Positions 10,875-22,400 of a stretch of 64,000 bases of DNA are shown here, piece after piece. The stretch is from the NCBI GenBank assembly GCA_051313645.2, contig JBNRSN020000013.1:74958001-75022000 (forward strand), written 5' to 3'. This stretch comes from Centroscyllium fabricii (taxonomy: Eukaryota). The notes beneath the pieces were generated by a model, which was not told the origin of the DNA, did no database searches, and was given only the letters and a program-made list of their open reading frames with translations. The translations under genes and the position numbers were made by a program. Positions within the stretch are counted from its first letter, which is position 1. Every line of letters begins with the position of its first letter.

Positions 10875-12537
10875 GGCCCAGAAATGCGGGTCCCAACGCG
10901 TGAGTACGGACGGGGTGCTCACGCGTAGGCCCAAACAAAGTGCTGGTTTCGTGCATGCACTGTGCATGCGTGGGAAACCGGCACTTCCGTTCCCCTGAAC
11001 GAAAGGGTTAAGAGGTGGAGTGCATGCGCGGGAGTGGCAGCGCGTGCGCATTGCACTTACGTTTTTTTTACAGGTTTGTACGTGCGGGTAATTCTGTAGA
11101 TTCTACACATGTAAAAAGCAGGCGCAAGGCCTGCCTTTAACAAGGTAAGTGGTGAATTAATTAAAACGTAAACATTTTTTCCCACGGGTTTATTATTTTT
11201 AATTACATTAAAAAAGGTAAGTTTATTTTTAGCCCCTTTAGAAAATGTAATTAATTTTTTCAAAAATTTAACTTGTTGTTTAAAATAGTTATTTCATGTA
11301 ATTTATAGTTATTTTAAAAATGTGATTTAAAAAGAAATTTATTTGAAGTTTTAGTGATGTTTTGGGGCTTACATAGATACATAGATGATAGGAGCAGGAG
11401 TAGGCCATTCGGCCCTTCGAGCCTGCTCCGCCATTCAATGAGATCATGGCTGATCCTTCAGTTCAGTATCCTGTCCCTGCCTTCTCTCCGTAACCTTTAA
11501 CCCCTTTTGCCTGCAGAAATATATCTAATTCCCTCTTAAATATATTTAATGAGCTGGCGTCCACTGCCCTCTGTGGCAGTGAGTTCCACAGGTTCACCAC
11601 TCTCTGGGTGAAGAAATTCCTCCTCATCTCTGTCCTAAATGGTTTAGCCCTTATCCTTAAACTGTGTCCCCTAGTTCTGTACTCTCCTGCCATCGGAAAC
11701 ATTCCTTCTGCATCTAGTCTGTCCAGGCCTGTCAGAATTTTATATGTTTCTATGAGATCCCCTCTCAATCTTCTAAACTCCAGTGTGTACATCCCCAAAC
11801 TACATAGTCTCTCCTCATAGGTCATTCCTGCCATTCCTGGTATCAGCCTGGTGAATCGCCGCTGCACTCCTTCCATGGCAAGAACATCCTTCCTCAGATG
11901 AGGCGACCAAAACTGCACACAGTACTCGAGGTGTGGTCTCACCAGTGCCCTGTACAGCTGTAGTAAGGTGTCCTTGTTCCTGTATTCTAACCCTTTTGAT
12001 ATGAAGGCCAGCATACCATTTGCCTTCCTGACCGCCTGTTGCACCTGCATGCTCGCCTTCAATGACTGGTGCACAAGAACACCCAGGTCTCTCTGTACTT
12101 CCCCATCTCCCAATCTATTGCCATTTAAATAATAATTTGCCCTCCCGTTTTTGCCCCCAAGGTGGATAACTTCACACTTATCCACATTATAGTGCATTTA
12201 CCATGTATCTGCCCAGTCCCCCAATTTGTCCAAATCGCTCTGGAGCTTCCTGATCTCTTCTTCTGAGCCTACCCCCCCTCCTAGTAGTATTCATAGTTTT
12301 GACAGCTCTTCCTGTCAAACTTATGAATAGGCAACTCTCTGCTCCGATTGGCTCTCCGTGGCCCACGTGATCCCAGGGGACGCATCGAACTAACTGCGCC
12401 CCTGGGATACGTAAGCACTGCGCGCCGGCAGTTGGAGGAGGCCCAGGATCGCAATTCCACACGGTCCCACAGCTCAACGGCCGGCGCACAAGGTAAGTGC
12501 AGGTTGGAGGCTTGCACCCGCGGGAAGCCTCTGACGC
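10875..12537. mobile_element. Harbinger-type MITE interrupted by a CR1; right TIR mostly lost
   Basis: Starts GGCCCAGAAATGCGGGTCCC and is an inverted homologue of 57618-58378. Confidence 0.8.
11371..12268 (-). mobile_element. CR1 LINE 3' fragment (ORF2 C-terminus 11463-12197)
   Basis: LYRALVRPHLEYCVQFWSP, RTRGHSLRI, RNFFTQRVVNLWNSLP, GYGEKAGTGY*, and an 8-mer tail. Confidence 0.95.
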
Positions 12538-12789
12538 TAATGTGTTCTCCTTTCTCTGTGAACAGACCAGATGGGATTTGATGAGTATATAATTATTATT
12601 ATCCATTTGGATCTTGTATTGTCATTACATGCACTATTATGTGCAATCAGTGCATACGGACAAGTTGAATTGATATATTCCATAAATGATAGAATATGTA
12701 ATTAAGGCAGTGCATACCAGTTGTTCTGCACTTCCCCTAATTTCAACAGTCCCAGTACCTTCTGAACTCTCCATCTGAAATAATCAACC

Positions 12790-13345
12790 CTCACATAAAA
12801 TGAATTGTTTAATGTCAAGGGCTCCACAAGCTGTTCCATGTTGTGCCTTCCTGTTATGTGCTAGTTTTGCCATTAACATAAGAGCAGCGAAGACTGAGAC
12901 ACGGTCATTTGTATAACCATATTTTACTTTTAACAGGGTCCATTTTTGTGCATGCAGGAGAGTGGGGACCTTTGCTTCATCATTGCTGACGTTTTTCTGT
13001 ATTAGTATGATGTTTTGGCATATATTTTTAACAGCTACAATCACTTCCTATCATGTCCATTTATATCCTGTGCTGCTATTTCTTGAAGTAATGAAACTTC
13101 TTCAGGCCTTCCAAGACAGTGGGGGTAATTTTACAAATCCACGCTGCTGACGAGGAGACATTCAGGTGCATGCTGCCTATTAAAATGAATGGTTGAAAAA
13201 TTGTGGGCAGTTCACACTTAAATTTCTGACTTTGCCAGAGAGTGAAGCTCCCCCCCGCCCCCGCAGCAGCATGAACTGATAAAATTACCCCCAGAGTTCA
13301 CATATCACCACGCTTGAGCCTCCTTTGCTGCCCTATCCTCCAAAA
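12790..13345 (-). pseudogene. Possible highly decayed Harbinger Myb/SANT-like gene remnant
   Basis: AKLAHNRKAQHGTACGALDIK resembles the EKRAHN...RTRGGPP exon of the other Myb genes in this window. Weak similarity. Confidence 0.3.
13121..13292. mobile_element. 172-bp Harbinger-type MITE
   Basis: 13-bp TIRs GGGGGTAATTTTA / TAAAATTACCCCC; flanks AGT / AGA. Confidence 0.8.
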
Positions 13346-13793
13346 ATATGCTAATTGCAAACGTAACCAGCCTTATCATCAAACTGCTTTTCTCACTTGT
13401 CATCCAGCCGCCTCCCCAAAACCTTGTGTGCTTCACAGCTGGTTTAATCAACATTTTGATATTTATTCCAACTTGTATAACAAGTGACTTGTTAGCTGCC
13501 CGAAAAGTTTTAATAGATCATTACTGTTAGCTTCTATTGCTGCTAAAAATTGCATTCGCAGGAATTACATGTTTCAAAGCTGTGCACTCCAACAATTTTA
13601 TTACTGGTTGTTAATTATGCTGAAAAATAGGCATTTTCTTATTTTTTTATGAGAACAGAAATATTACACCCACTAGTGTCTCAATGCCTCACCTTCCTCC
13701 TTGCACTGGACAGTGACCCTAAATGGCATTTGTGCTGTTTTAATCTGTTAGTATTATTGATTGAATGCTGATGGGGATGCTGAATGATTTTAT

Positions 13794-13921
13794 GATGTGG
13801 AGGTGCTGGTGTTGGACTGGGGTGGACAAATGCAAGAAGTCACACAACACCAGGTTATAGTCCAACAGTTTTATTTGAAATCACAAGCTTTCGGAGCGCT
13901 GCTCCTTCCTCAGGTGAAAGA
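13794..13921 (-). mobile_element. Second-family Penelope-type fragment
   Basis: 12-bp TSD GAATGATTTTAT (13782-13793 and 13922-13933); contains a hammerhead core followed by AATAAA. Confidence 0.75.
13881..13917 (-). ncRNA. Minimal type I hammerhead ribozyme motif
   Basis: Minus strand TCAC-CTGAGGA-A-GGAGC(AGC)GCTCC-GAAAGCTT-GTGA. Confidence 0.78.
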
Positions 13922-14051
13922 GAATGATTTTATAAATGACAATTTGTCAATTAGTATATTCCTAATGTTTATAATCCCCTGTTGCGTCATCATAGTCATA
14001 ATCATTGAATCTGTTTTAGCACAGCGATACTACAACTAACTATTGGAATCA

Positions 14052-14149
14052 TTGTTCAGACTCCGAGCTGATACATATGTCTACACACTGCTGTTACTTC
14101 TAAGTAACGGTAGTGTGTAGACATATATATCAGCTAGGAGCCTGAACAA
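14052..14149. repeat. 98-bp near-perfect inverted repeat
   Basis: 48-bp arms with 5 mismatches and a 2-nt spacer. Confidence 0.9.
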
Positions 14150-15116
14150 AGTTCTGCACACTCCAACACTTTAATGTGTTTGTGCTTTGGTCTGACTATT
14201 CGCTCCCAGGGTTAACCTATTTTATATTTAAGTCCTATGAATGGGGCCACAACATAGAAATGGAACTGTTTTATAACTATTCGCAGTTAACCACAGACAC
14301 TGCATTGAATCATTGCACACCATAAACGGTCCTATAATGCTTTATCATCAATAAATTCAATTAGGTTTAGCTTCATAAGCAAACCAATAGTGTTGGAGCA
14401 GTGGGCCTTGAAAGACGAAACTCCAGGTGTAAATATCAGCTTCAGCTGACATTCTGATTTAGGTATCCCCAGTGGACACATTTCCCCAGTTATTGACCAG
14501 GTTACGAGATGGAGTACCTGTACTTCATGGCAGTAGTGGACTTGCCTTTTTTTTCCTCTGGGAAGGGGAATTGCCAAAGGGAATTATTCTGCCTTTTGTC
14601 AGCTGATTAGAGAAGCATTGACAGCGGCTGTTAAGAACTCCTCAACCCAGCTGATTCTGTTCTTGTGACTGTCGGAATGGGGATATATGAAGAGAAATAA
14701 ATGGTAAATACCTCATTTATTTTCACTTCACATCAGAGTATTTTTGAAAATAATTAAGCCCAAAAGATTCCTATTTGTTTGTTTAATACACATAGCTAAA
14801 TCAGCAATACATATTATTTGACTGAATTTTTATTTCATCTGAGCTATTTTCTCAAGTTATTCATTTATTACATTAACACCCAATTACTAGTCCAATGCTA
14901 GTACATGATTTACTACTTTTTCATGTTTTTATTTACTCCTGTTCATAAGTTGCACTGCTAGATGCAATCATGCAAATTGATCAGTTTGTCATTAGGCAGT
15001 TAAGTAATAGACCTTTTTAAAGAGTCATATTTCAACTGGCAGTAACAATGGGAAAATGGTTTTCATAACCATACTAAAACCTAAGTAGGTGATTTTCCAC
15101 TGGTTGGTATAATAAT

Positions 15117-15651
15117 GGCCCAGAAATTCCCGTTATCGCATATCGGGTTTAAGCTCTGGTGCAAGCGCACCAGAGCATAAACCCGCAGGAAGGAGCCGGT
15201 GCGCACGTTTCAGGACTTCCTGTGCTGCCCAGTGGGGGGGTCAGTGCTCCCTGCGAGGTCCATCGCAGGGAGCATCGCACTACAGGACCGCCCAGACATC
15301 CCGATGTTTTTTTTGGATTTTTCAGCGGACCAAGAGAAGAGAAATCAACGCTGGAAAAAAGCAGTCGTTAACACCCGTTTTCATCTGGTAAGTGTATATT
15401 TTATTGATTTTAATTGATTTCTCTGTGGAAGTTTTGAATGGAGAATTCCTTCCATTGATTGGCTCCCTGCCAATCAGCTGGTCTCAAAAGCCACTTCGCA
15501 CTAATTACGTCCTTCAGATCTCGCACGGAGCTCTGACACGCAGGGCTAACGGGAATTTCTCTGTGCAAAAAATCAAAAGTGAATATGGGCAATTAAAGTG
15601 CGTTAAGCAGCTCTGCACCCACATGAAAGGCTCCACTGCAATTTCTGGGCC
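15117..15651. mobile_element. Harbinger-type MITE
   Basis: TIRs GGCCCAGAAATT / AATTTCTGGGCC and TSD AAT. Confidence 0.88.
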
Positions 15652-15656
15652 AATAA

Positions 15657-15895
15657 TTCATTGAACTTTTATTGTCATTATACAATGTACGTACATGAAC
15701 AACGAAATGTGATCTTGCAAGCTCCCAAGAGTCCAGCAAAGCTGCTGTGTCTGTGCGCGCCGCCATTCCATCTTTCCAACAATCTTCAGTCAACCGCCCC
15801 TCCCTGGGGTTCCTTTTGTGACCTTCCGCACCTGTTATTCCCTGGTGGTCACCCATCCAAGTACTAACCAGGCCTGGCTCTGCTTAGCTTCCAAG
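15657..15895 (-). mobile_element. 5S rRNA-derived SINE (SINE3-type) with a Rex1-like tail, 5'-truncated
   Basis: Minus strand GGAAGCTAAGCAGAGCCAGGCCTGGTTAGTACTTGGATGGGTGACCACCAGGGAATAACAGGTGC matches the 3' two-thirds of 5S rRNA. It ends in TCGTTGT...AATGACAATAAAAGTTCAATGAA, like the Rex1 tail at 53837-53885. Confidence 0.8.
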
Positions 15896-16714
15896 CCTTG
15901 CCAGTGACCCTGTCCCTAGTCCCAGGAACAGGGCTGGTGGTCTGTACTTTGGATGTTTTGGAGTTATAAGCCACAATCAGATCAGAATTTCCAGCCATAG
16001 TATTTTTTATTGAAGGACAAAGCTTCCTCAAAGTGCTTTGGACATTTGAACATTGATGCCAATCTTCTTTGCAACTCTTTTGAATTTGTTGTTGCATTTT
16101 CTGCAGTCCCCTGGCATTCAACACATTTTTGATATTCACTTTTCTTGTAAATATGATTTATGTAGAAGACTGTTCCTCTGAAGGGTTCCAAGAAATTTGT
16201 CCTTATATTTTAAAACCTATTTAGCTAAAATAAATAATTCTGGTTTAGAAAAAATACAGTGCTTGTTTCTTTCTCCTTCTGCACTTAGGTTTGGTCAATT
16301 ATTGACAGCGATGTATAATGTCACGCTCAATTGCATAATTAGCATGTGCAAATTGTTAAATAGGACAGTAGATTTGAATGTTTCCAACAAACTTCTGATT
16401 GGATGTCTTAATTCACCTGCAGGCACGGTCACAGCATAACTCCACAAAATCTCTTAAACATTGTCTGCTTGTTTCTCTTGGAACAATATTAACAGCCTGA
16501 GGTGAAGGTAAGATTCTGAAGGATCTCTCCCAGGTGGCAGCAGACAGCTGATGTAACTGGAGGACAAATGCTAGAAGGGCCTTGCAACATGAAAGGTTAG
16601 TGTCAGAAGGGGTTGAATGGAGGAAAGGTTTATGAGGGGAGTTCCAAACAATGGTAGAATGTGAAAGAGTTAGAAAGCCATTGAACCATGGTACACTGAA
16701 TGAAGACTTGTCAC

Positions 16715-17216
16715 CAAAACTCTGCTGCCCTTATCCTAACTTGCACCAAGTCCCGTTCACCATTACCCCTGTGCTCACTGACCTACATTGGATCCCAGTC
16801 CAGCGACGCCTCGATTTTAAAATTTTCATCCTTGTTTTCAATTCTCTCCTTGGCCTTGCCCCACCCTACCTCTGTAACCTCCTCTAGCCCTATAACACTC
16901 CGAGATCACTGCGCTTCAATTCTGGCATCTTATGCATCCCTAATTTTAATCACTTCACCACTGGCGACCGTGCCTTCAGCTGCCTAGACCTTAAGCTCTG
17001 GAATTTCCTCCCTCAACCTCTCTGCCTCTCTACCTCTCTCTCCTCCTTTAAGCCACTCCTTAAAACCTAACTCTATGACCAAGCTTTTGGTCACCTGTCC
17101 TAATATCTCCTTATGTGACTCGGTGTCAAATTTTGTTTGATAATGCTCCTGTGGTGCACCTTGGGACATTTTACTACATTAAAGGTGCTATATAAATGTA
17201 AGTTGTTATTGTTGTT
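16715..17216 (+). mobile_element. L2 LINE 3' fragment
   Basis: ITPVLTDLHWIPVQRRLDFKIFILVF...APPYL and a GCTATATAAATGTAAG(TTG)n tail. Confidence 0.9.
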
Positions 17217-17691
17217 AAGAAGAAAGGGTGATCAGTGGAGTGGGTCCCATGGTGTGAAAGTGAAAACAGGAAGGGCACTGTTCTATTACCTTGCCTGTCC
17301 TCGTCAGGTCATTAAACATCTTCCAGCATTAGTCTGCTGTCCTTAGTGTTAAGTCCTTGTAATCTACATAAAGACTCGACTCCAGAGCTAATTCCAATAG
17401 GTGTTTACTCTTAGTCAGCAGAGCGGGAACTGCCGTAAATCACTCCACCCAGTACCTTATATACTCCGGTGGTCAGGAGTGGTACTGCAGTATCATTACA
17501 CTTTACAAAGTAGTTCCCTGTTAAACGGGGTAAATCTGCATACACAACACTTAGGAGTGGGAAGTAGCATTCAGCAACACTGCCACTTCTGCCCACATGG
17601 TTCTGGTGACTGCCTTCGATGACCTCTTCTTCAGCAAGCCCAGCAGGTGGTCTCTCCTCCAGGGGATTTTTCCAGGAGGATCTGTAAATCT

Positions 17692-18420
17692 GGGCTGAAT
17701 CTTAACTCAAAAAAATGGTGGATTGGGGTCGTGTCAAAGGTTAAAATGCAAAAATTCTTGAACAGGAACCGAACCCACCTCCAGCCCACCCTCATCTCAC
17801 ATCTGGTTTTAAAGGAGGGTGGATGGGGGCGGGCACCAATCCACGCGCGGGAAGCGGGTTGGTCATTTAAATATTGTAATGAGGCTACTTACCTTCATTT
17901 TATCAGACATTCTATTTTTAACCACAGGCGACCAGGTGTGCCAGGCCTCGGGAAACTTAGCAACTGAAAGCAGGTGAGAAGGGCTGAATCGATGAGGTAA
18001 GTGCCTTTGCAGGACTGCTTGTGGGTCAGGAGGAGCAATTCTGACCTCCCAAACCACCATTGGACGCACCCCCTGTGATCCGGACCTCCCCAGAGCGATC
18101 CTGAAACCCCAGCAATCAGGACCCCCCACAATGTGGACACCCCTGCACGATCTGGGACCCCCACCCACCTGCCCCCTCCCCAACCAACGCTGTCTCTCAC
18201 TCCCTCAATGTACCTACCTGCTCTCATATGCTTCGGCCTTGTGAAGGAGGCTTCCTGCCCGAAAGGCCTCCAGCCTGTCAATCAGGCTCACTTTGGGTGG
18301 GAACCACTCTGAAAGGGCCGCTGCAGTTAATTTCTGCAGGACATTTGGGAAACCTGTTCTTCTGGATTTCCTGCCCTCACAACCTTGCAGAGAACTCGCC
18401 TTCAGGCTAAAATCCAGACC
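17692..18420. mobile_element. Non-autonomous Harbinger element
   Basis: Imperfect TIRs GGGCTGAATCTTA / TAAAATCCAGACC and TSD TCT. Confidence 0.75.
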
Positions 18421-19410
18421 TCTGGGGGCGATTATGCCAGCCCTGGGGAGGCGGGTATGGAGGTGGGACTGCCGGGAAAATGGCAGAATTTGGGGGTGGG
18501 TGCCCAACCCGCTTCCGTGCCATCTTCCCAGGAGGCAGGTAGCCGTCCTGCACTGGGTCCCGTCTCCTTGGAGGCGGGAAAGGATTAAAGCCAATTAACT
18601 GCCTGTTAACAGGTAGTTAACCGGCAGAAAATACGATTATCCCCTTTTTGCCCTCACAAGTCCGGGCTTCTAGAAGGCTCCGAAACCCGCCAGAGCAGCG
18701 AGGCGAGTACTGGGTCTGCGGGGGTCGGGGGGCTGCAAAGGTGTGCTGTGACGGTAAATGATAGGTGCAAGAGTGGAGAGGTGCATATCTGAGGTAAGTG
18801 CAAAGTGTTATTAAAAGTGTACTTACCTTTGTTTCTTCTGCAGGTTTCAGTCAGTGTGTATGTGGAGAGTCTCGGACCTCCATGTTGGAGATGACAGATG
18901 GTAACAGCCACCTCATTTCTGCAAAAGAAAAAAGTTTGATGAGGTCTTGAATTCAAGACCTCATCAATCTACAGAGAATGTCAGTGTTTGACAGCTTCAC
19001 AGAACTGTCAAACGATGACAATTCATCTGTCAAAATTTTTTTGACAGATGCTACATAATACGTTGACGTTCTCTGCAACTGGCTTTCCCTTTGACGTATC
19101 GTCAATAATCTAATAAAACTAAAGACGAGTAGTTACCTTAACTCAAGGCTTTTATTAGCTTACAATGGAGCTACGCTCCGATCGAACATCAGGTACAGAA
19201 TGAATGGGGGCCGGTCAGTCCCCACCTATAAGGCACTCACCTGAGGGGAGGAGTTAGAGGTGTGGCTGACCTGGCCCCACGACAGTGTCGCAACACAGGA
19301 CCGTTGCATCATGCACCCGACCGCTACACATACAGATAATATTGGATACAATATTATGGTGGTAATTACTGTATATACAACGGTTACCACATTCACCCCT
19401 TCTTTAAAAA

Positions 19411-22400
19411 TCAAGTCCGGCGGGGTGAATGGACAGAGCAGTTCATGATTAGCTTTTCTGGCGGTCGCGTCTGTCTGGTGGACCGCCGGGTCTCTGTCGA
19501 TTGTTCCGGTTCCTGTAGCACTGGCGACGTTGGGGCCGATGGTGGTGAAGGCGGCGCCGGTGTCAGTACTGTAGGTGCTGGTGGTGGCGGTGAGTCCGAG
19601 CCATCCGAGTCGTGGTCCTCAGCTGGCCATGGCTGGGGCTCCGGATCACGCGGTAGTGGCGGCCAGCCTCCGGTGGGTTGTGGGTCGTGTATCAGCCAGT
19701 GGTCGATATGTCGTGGCTGGAGGTGGCCGAAATATAGTGGCTGGGCGGGCTGCTGCCCGACCAGGGGCTCTGCTGTGGTGCTCCCGGCGGGTGCTAGGTC
19801 CTTGATGGAGACGGTGTCCTCGCGCCCGTCCGGGAACTGTACGTACGCGTACTGCGGGTTGGCGTGCAGCAGCTGCACCTTGTCTACCAGGGGGTCGGTC
19901 TTATGGCCGCGGACGTGCTTCCTAAGCAAGACCGGCCCCGGCGTCGTGAGCCACAGTGGAAGGGCTGTCCCCGAAGTCGACTTCCTGGGGAATGAAAAAA
20001 TAAGGTCATGATTTTTGGTGTTGGTGGCCGTACATAGCAGAGAGCGTATAGAGTGCAGCGCATCAGGGAGTACTGCCTGCCAATGGGACACTGGAAAGGC
20101 TCTGGACTTCAGGGCCAGGGTGACCGCCTTCCAGATGATCCCATTCTCCCTTTCTACATGGCCGTTCCCCCGGGGGTTGTAACTGGTCGTTCTGCTCGAG
20201 GCAACCCCTTTCTGGAGCAGAAACTGGCGCAGTTCGTCGCTCATGAACGACGCCCCCTGGTCGCTATGGATGTAGTGGGGAGACCGAAAATGGCGAACAG
20301 CGTGGTGAAGTGTTTGATCACCGTTGCGCTCGTCATATCTGGGCAGGGGAAGGTGAAGGGGAAGCGGGAGAACTCGTCTACGACCGTGAGGAAGTACGAG
20401 TTGCGGTCGGTGGTGGGGAGGGGGCCTTTGAAGTCCACGCTTAGACGTTCAAAGGGGCGGGTGGCCTTAATGAGATGCGCCGTGTCTGGCCTGAAAAATT
20501 GGGGTTTGCACTCGGCGCAAACAGGGCACTCTCGGGGGATTTTACGAAGTGGGCAAGTCTGGTGACACCCGGGTGGCAGAGGCGATCGTGGAGATCCTTC
20601 AGCCGGTCTAGCTGGGCACTGGCGCACGTTCCCCTGGACAGTGCGTCCGGAGATTCATTGAGTTTGCCTGGTCGGTAAAGAATGTCGTACTCGTAAGTCA
20701 AGAGCTCGATCCGCCACCACAGGATCTTATCATTCTTGATTTTACCTTTTTGTTTATTGTTAAACATAAACGCGACCGACCGTTGGTCGGTGAGCAGGGT
20801 AAAACGCTTACCGGCCAGGTAATGACGCCAGTAGCGCACGGCCTCCACGATGGCCTGGGCCTCCTTTTCCACTGCAGAGTGGCGAATTTCGGGTCCCTGT
20901 AAGGTGCGGGAGAAAAACGCTACGGGCCTGCCTGCCTGATTCAGGGTGGCGGCAAGGGCAAAGTCCGAAGCGTCACTCTCCACCTGGAAAGGGATGGACT
21001 CATCAACGGCGTGCATGGTCGCCTTGATGATATCTTCCTTGATCCGGGCGAACGCCGTGTGGGCTTCTGCCGAGAGGGGGAAGACGGCAGCCTTGAGGAG
21101 CGGTCTGGCCTTATCCGCGAATTGGGGAACCCATTCCGCGTAATAAGAGAAAAATCCCAGACATCTCTTCAGGGCTTTGGGGTTGTGAGGAAGGGGCAGT
21201 TCCTGTAAGGGGCGCATACGCTGTGGGTCGGGGCCGAGGACCCTGTTTTCCACCACGTATCCGAGGATGGCGAGCCGATCTGTACTAAAGACACACTTGT
21301 CTTTGTTGTACGTGAGATCCAGCCATTTCGCCGTGTCGAGATATTTGGCCAGGTTGGCATCGTGGTCCTGCTGGTCATGGCCGCAGATGGTCACGTTGTC
21401 CAGGTAGGGGAAGGTGGCCTGCAACCCGTTCTGGTCAACCATGCGGTCCATCTCCCTTTGGAACACTGACACTCCGTTGGTCACGCCAAAGGGGACCCGG
21501 AGGAAGTGGTAGAGCCGACCGTTCGCCTCGAAGGCGGTGTACGGGCGGTCGGCTTACCGGATCGGGAGTTGGTGATACGCCGACTTAAGGTCGATTGTGG
21601 AGAACACCTTATATTGGGCGATCTGGTTAACCATTTCCGAGATGCGGGGGAGGGGGTAGGCGTCGAGCCCGGTGTAGCGGTTAATGGTCTGGCTATAATC
21701 GATAACCATCTGGTGTTTCTCGCCACTCTTCACCACTACAACCTGGGCCTGCCAGGGGATGGTGCTGGCTTCAATTATCCCCTCCTTTAGCATACGCCCG
21801 ACCTCCGACCTGATAAACGTCCGATCCCCTGCACTGTAACGCCGACTCTTGGTAGCAATGGGCTTGCAGTTGGGGTCGAGGTTGGCGAACAGTGAGGGGG
21901 GTTCGACTTTCAGGGTGGAGAGGCCGCAGGCCGGGCTCCGCTTTGGGAAGGGATTGTCCCGGCTACTGACGGTGAGGGGGGTGAGGGTCCTGCCGAACTC
22001 CATTGTCAGGCTCTTAAGGTGGCACTGGAAATCCAGTCCGAGTAAGACTGGGGAGCACAACTGCTTCAGGATGTACAATTTAAAATTACGGTACACGCTG
22101 CCCTTAACTGTGAGCGTGACGGAGCAGTAGCTGGTGACGTCCGCGGTGTGGCACTGTGAAGCAAGGGAGACCTGGTAGCGCGTGGGCCGGATCTGCAGTC
22201 CGTAGCGCTGCGCTGTATCGGGGTGAATAAAGCTCTCTGTGCTTCCGGTGTCGAACAGGCAGTTCGTGACATGGCCGTTGACTTTAATCCCCATCATGGA
22301 ATTTGATAGGGTGTGCGGCCTAGCCTGATCGACTTTCGGGATGGCTGAGGCCGAAGTGTGTGAGTGTGTGTGTGAGCCCTCCGCTGGTCGGGGCCGTACA

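Noticed and set aside
15822-15895. Functional 5S rRNA gene
   Set aside because: The 5' third is missing, there is no T-run terminator, and it is fused to a retroposon tail.
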